This document shows, piece by piece, positions 60,434 to 64,000 of a stretch of 64,000 nt of DNA. The notes beneath the pieces were generated by a model that saw nothing but the letters and a program-made list of their open reading frames with translations, was not told the DNA's origin and ran no database searches. The stretch spans positions 1-64,000 of the forward strand of contig CAVSGP010000009.1 of assembly GCA_963727505.1 (NCBI GenBank). The letters run 5' to 3'. This DNA comes from an uncultured Trueperaceae bacterium (GTDB lineage: Bacteria; Deinococcota; Deinococci; Deinococcales; Trueperaceae). Both the position numbers and the translations under genes were made by a program. How positions within the stretch are numbered: position 1 is the first letter of the stretch; the number at the start of each line of letters is the position of its first letter.

Positions 60434-61702
60434 GTGCCGCTGACGACGCGGCGCACCCCGCGGCGCACCCCGCCTCCGCGGCGAGCGGGACGGCTCGCCG
60501 CACTGTTGGCGGTCATGGGTCCCGGCCTGGTCGTGATGCTGGCCGACACCGACGCCGGCAGCATCGTGACGGCGGCGCAGAGTGGCGCCACCTGGGGGTA
60601 CGACCTGCTATGGCTGCAGCTGGCCCTCGTGCCCATCCTGTTCATCGTCCAGGAGTTGACGGTGCGCCTCGGCACGGTCACCGGTCAGGGCCACGGCGAG
60701 CTCATCCGACGGTACTTCGGCAAGCGCTGGGCATGGTTCTCGGTCGGGACGCTGGCGCTGGCCGGTGTCGGGGCGCTCTGTACCGAGTTCGTGGGCATGG
60801 CCGGTGCAGGCGAGGTGTTCGGCGTGTCCCCCTACCTCAGCGTCGGCACCGCCGTCCTCGGACTGGCCGTGATCGCTGCGCGGGGCACCTACCGGCGGGT
60901 GGAGATCGTAGCGGCCGCCGTCGGGAGCCTGGAGTTGCTGTACGTGCTGGTGGCGTGGCAGGCGCATCCCTCGCCGGGCATGTTCCTCGCGGACCTGCAG
61001 CGCCTGCCCTGGAGCCACGGCCCGTACCTCTATCTCATCGCCGCCAACATCGGCGCCGTGATCATGCCCTGGATGATCTTCTACCAGCAGTCAGCGGTCG
61101 TCGAGAAGGGGCTCACGGAACGCGATCTGCCGGCGGCGCGCATCGACACGGCCGTCGGCGCGGTACTCACCCAGGTCATCATGGCGGCCGTGTTGGTGAG
61201 CACCGCGGCCACCCTGCACGGGGGCGCGGGAGCCGCCGGCTCGGCCCTGGGGACGGTGACGGAGATCGCCGGCGCGCTGACGCCGTTGCTGGGCCCGACC
61301 TACGGCGCCGTGCTGTTCGCGCTGGGGATGCTCGGTGCGTCGTTGGTGGCAGCGCTGGTGGTCTCCCTGGCGGTCGCTTGGGGGCTGGGTGAGGTCGCCG
61401 GCTACCGGCACTCGCTGGCCCACCCCGCAGGTGAGGCGCCCTGGTTCTACGGCATCTACCTGATCGCCATCGTCGGGAGCGCGGCCCTGGTGCTGTCCGG
61501 CGTGAACCTGGTGCGCCTCAGCATCGGCGTGCAGGTGATGAACGCGCTGTTGCTCCCCGTCGTGCTCGGATTCCTGTTCCTGCTGGCCCGTCGCGCGCTG
61601 CCCGGCGAGCATCGCCTGCGCGGCATCCCGGCCTTGACCGTGGCCCTGGTGCTGGTGCTCACCACCGCCTTCGGCGTGGTGTCCGCTGGCCTCGCGTTCT
61701 GA
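60434..61702 (+). CDS. NRAMP-family divalent cation transporter (non-canonical motifs)
   Basis: GPGLVVMLADTDAGS and IGAVIMPWMIFYQQS; about 11 TMs. Confidence 0.85.
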   Translation: MPLTTRRTPRRTPPPRRAGRLAALLAVMGPGLVVMLADTDAGSIVTAAQSGATWGYDLLWLQLALVPILFIVQELTVRLGTVTGQGHGELIRRYFGKRWAWFSVGTLALAGVGALCTEFVGMAGAGEVFGVSPYLSVGTAVLGLAVIAARGTYRRVEIVAAAVGSLELLYVLVAWQAHPSPGMFLADLQRLPWSHGPYLYLIAANIGAVIMPWMIFYQQSAVVEKGLTERDLPAARIDTAVGAVLTQVIMAAVLVSTAATLHGGAGAAGSALGTVTEIAGALTPLLGPTYGAVLFALGMLGASLVAALVVSLAVAWGLGEVAGYRHSLAHPAGEAPWFYGIYLIAIVGSAALVLSGVNLVRLSIGVQVMNALLLPVVLGFLFLLARRALPGEHRLRGIPALTVALVLVLTTAFGVVSAGLAF

Positions 61703-61861
61703 GCCGCAGCACCCGAGCTCGCCCGTGGCCGTTGCGTGCACCCTCGTCCGGCAGGGCTCGACCTCGCATCCGCTAGTCTGAGCAGTATGGGCATCGGTCC
61801 GGGCCCGTGCGGCGAACGGCGGCAACGGGAGCGTGCCGACGGGCTCGGAGGGGCGGGAACG

Positions 61862-62176
61862 ATGCTCAAGCGGAGCTCGAAGATCGCGGCGAGCCGCGGG
61901 GCGCGGCTGCTCGTGACAGCCGCGGTGGTGGCGTTGCTCTTGGCGGCGTGCACCGCCTCGCAGCCGGCGCCAGCCGTTGGCCAAGGTATGCCCGGTTTCT
62001 GGCTGGGGCTGTGGCAGGGCGTCATCGCGCCGATCACCTTCGTGGTGAGCCTGTTCGTCGACGGCGTGCGGATCTACGCCTACCCGAACATCGGGCGCTG
62101 GTACGACTTCGGTTTCATGCTCGGCATCGGAGGGTTCACGGGCGGCCTCTTCGCAGGCTCGCGGCGGCGGCGCTGA
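61862..62176 (+). CDS. Small membrane lipoprotein, conserved hypothetical
   Basis: LAA-C lipobox; GFWLGLWQG...IY...N.G.WYDFGF. Confidence 0.75.
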   Translation: MLKRSSKIAASRGARLLVTAAVVALLLAACTASQPAPAVGQGMPGFWLGLWQGVIAPITFVVSLFVDGVRIYAYPNIGRWYDFGFMLGIGGFTGGLFAGSRRRR

Positions 62177-62182
62177 GGACGG

Positions 62183-62200
62183 CGCGCGCTCGAGCGCGCG
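62183..62200. terminator. 18-bp perfect palindrome between convergent genes
   Basis: CGCGCGCTCGAGCGCGCG. Confidence 0.4.
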
Positions 62201-62207
62201 GGCCGGC

Positions 62208-62741
62208 TCAGTAGGTCTCGTTCACGATCCACGGCGTGGCCACGTGCCACGACGTGCCGGTGCCGTTGGCGTCGCCCACGTGCTGGTCCTTGGCGTAGGT
62301 GTACAGGGGATGGCCGCTGATGGCGAGCTGGCTGCCGCCGTTGGGCCCGCTCAGCGTGCTCATGAACAGCGTCGAGTTGCTGGGTCCCGTGGGCGTCCCC
62401 GAGCCGACCGTGTACGGTTTCCAGTCGTTGAGGCAGGAGCCGCTACAGTTCGACGTGTCGGCGGTGTCGTCGGTGGAGTAGTAGAGCGTCAGGCCCTGCG
62501 GGGTAGCCAGGACCTGCTGCATCTCGCCGTCGAAGAACGCCTGCGCGAGGGCGATGACGTCGCCCGAGGGGTTGGGGTTGGGGGCGGTCCCGGCCTGAGC
62601 ACTCGAACTCGAGCCCGTGTCCGACGAGCCGGAGCTCTCTTCGGAGCCGTTCGACCCCTGGGCGAACGCAACGACGCCCAGCGTGCCGAGCGCGAGGACC
62701 AGAAGGACGTACGCGATGGATCGGATGCGCGTTGTGTGCAT
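62208..62741 (-). CDS. Secreted repeat protein (COG4315/Lipoprotein_15-like)
   Basis: Signal peptide; GLTLYYSTDD...CSGSCLNDWKP...GHPLYTYAKD...GD.NG. Confidence 0.82.
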   Translation of the reverse strand: MHTTRIRSIAYVLLVLALGTLGVVAFAQGSNGSEESSGSSDTGSSSSAQAGTAPNPNPSGDVIALAQAFFDGEMQQVLATPQGLTLYYSTDDTADTSNCSGSCLNDWKPYTVGSGTPTGPSNSTLFMSTLSGPNGGSQLAISGHPLYTYAKDQHVGDANGTGTSWHVATPWIVNETY

Positions 62742-62974
62742 GGGAGCCTCCCTGACGACCGGCGCTTGTCGGGGCCGGCGCTCTGGAACGCAACGTCGAG
62801 CGGATCGCAACGGCGCCCGGCCGTTCCCGGCGCCGGACCGCTCCTGACTCGACGATAGGCGCCCTCGTGGAAGCGTGTGTATGCCGCGAGACCGGTGCGG
62901 GCCCCAAGTGCGGCCGAGCGCCCCGAAGGCGAGGCGGGCTCCGAAGGAGCGGGGGGACCAGCCGCCGGCGCCCC

Positions 62975-63896
62975 TCAGGGCCGCAGGACGATCTTGCCCA
63001 GCGTGTGCCGGCGCTCGAGCTCACGGTAGGCGTCGCGGACCTCGTCGAGGGGGTAGACCCGCGCGATCGGCACCTCGAGGTCGCCCGCGGCGATCATGGC
63101 GGCCAGCTCGGCGAGCACCTCCGCGCGGGCGGCGCGCGCCGTGCCCTCGGTCTTGACGCCGTACCTCTCCCCGGCCGCGAAGTTCGCGATGGTGTCGATG
63201 CGCTCCGGCGCCACGCCGAGTTCGAGAGCGAGTTCCACGTAGTCTGCCCCGAAGGCGTCGATGAAGGCATCGACCCGGCCGTCGGCCGCCTCTCGGACGC
63301 GGTCCGCCACGCCGTCGCCGTAGGTCACTGGCACAGCGCCGTGGTCGGCCAGCCAGGCGTGATGGGGCGGGCTCGCCAGCGCGATCACCTTCGCGCCCGC
63401 CCGGCGTGCGAGCTGGACCGCCAGCGTCCCGACCCCACCGGCTGCGGCCGACAGCACCACGGTGTCGCCGGGGTGCGGGTCCACGGCGCGGACGGCCGCG
63501 TAGGCGGTGGTGCCCGCCACGAAGAGCGCCCCGGCGGCCTCCCAGGACACTGCGGGCGGTTTGGGCGCGAGCTTCTGGGCCTCGGCCGCCACCAGCTCGG
63601 CGTGGCTCGAGCGGTCGTGACTGAAGCCGAGAACCTCGTCTCCCACCGCGAAGGCGTCGACATCCTGACCGACCTCCTCGACGATCGCCGGCGAGGTCGC
63701 TCCCCTCGCCGGACGGGAACGTCGCCGGGAAACGGTGCGCCATGCGGCCCTCGCGGATGGCGGCCTCACCGGGGTTGATGCCGGCCGCCTTCACCCGCAC
63801 CAGCACCCTGCCGGGGGGTGGCGGCCGGCGCTCCACCTCCACCACCTGCAAGACGTCGATCCCTCCGTACTCGTTGAAACGGACGGCGCGTGGCAT
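62975..63896 (-). pseudogene. NADP-dependent oxidoreductase (MDR/quinone reductase family) with a +1 frameshift
   Basis: The N-part ends ...SGEGSDLAG and the C-part continues IVEEVG...AAAGGVG...GKIVL in another frame; one extra base near 63687. Confidence 0.8.
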
Positions 63897-64000
63897 GGAT
63901 CACCTCTTCCGTGGCATCGGTTGCTCGTGGCGTCGCTCTGCGGTCGCTTCGGTCCCTCACCGCTTCGGTTTCCCGTACTCGCGGTCGGATCCCGTGAAGC

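Overview
A 64-kb, very GC-rich bacterial window. It is probably from Deinococcota (inference): it carries a Thermus LdrP/TTHB099-type Crp regulator, several apparently leaderless genes with TANNNT 6-7 nt before the start codon, and a C-terminal-Phe outer-membrane protein. About 1-41 kb is accessory and signalling-rich. It holds a multi-PAS HD-GYP protein, a VapBC-like toxin-antitoxin pair flanked by ~85-bp imperfect direct repeats, a TetR/MMPL-RND/LolA-like/OMP lipid-transport cluster, and a lipoprotein built from seven near-identical 135-bp NHL repeats. It also holds a ~24-kb cluster with two different KaiC-family ATPases: one in a DGC-PDE-kaiC-kaiB run without kaiA, the other coupled to a pseudo-REC-PAS-LuxR regulator. 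Interspersed are two lmo0937-like micro-proteins, two paralogous unannotated 73-aa proteins, a circularly permuted HNH-like mini-protein, a lipid kinase, a decayed desaturase, the LdrP-like regulator, and a USP coupled to a 2799-aa NdvB/Cgs cyclic beta-1,2-glucan synthase. About 41-64 kb is more ordinary metabolism and transport: AKR, cupredoxin, BetA, DegV, a GlpA-like triad, MarR + heterodimeric ABC exporter, S41 peptidase, PBP1A, an NRAMP-like transporter and a frameshifted oxidoreductase. No rRNA, tRNA, CRISPR array, integrase or transposase was recognised. All family calls come from reading motifs by eye; no database search was run.
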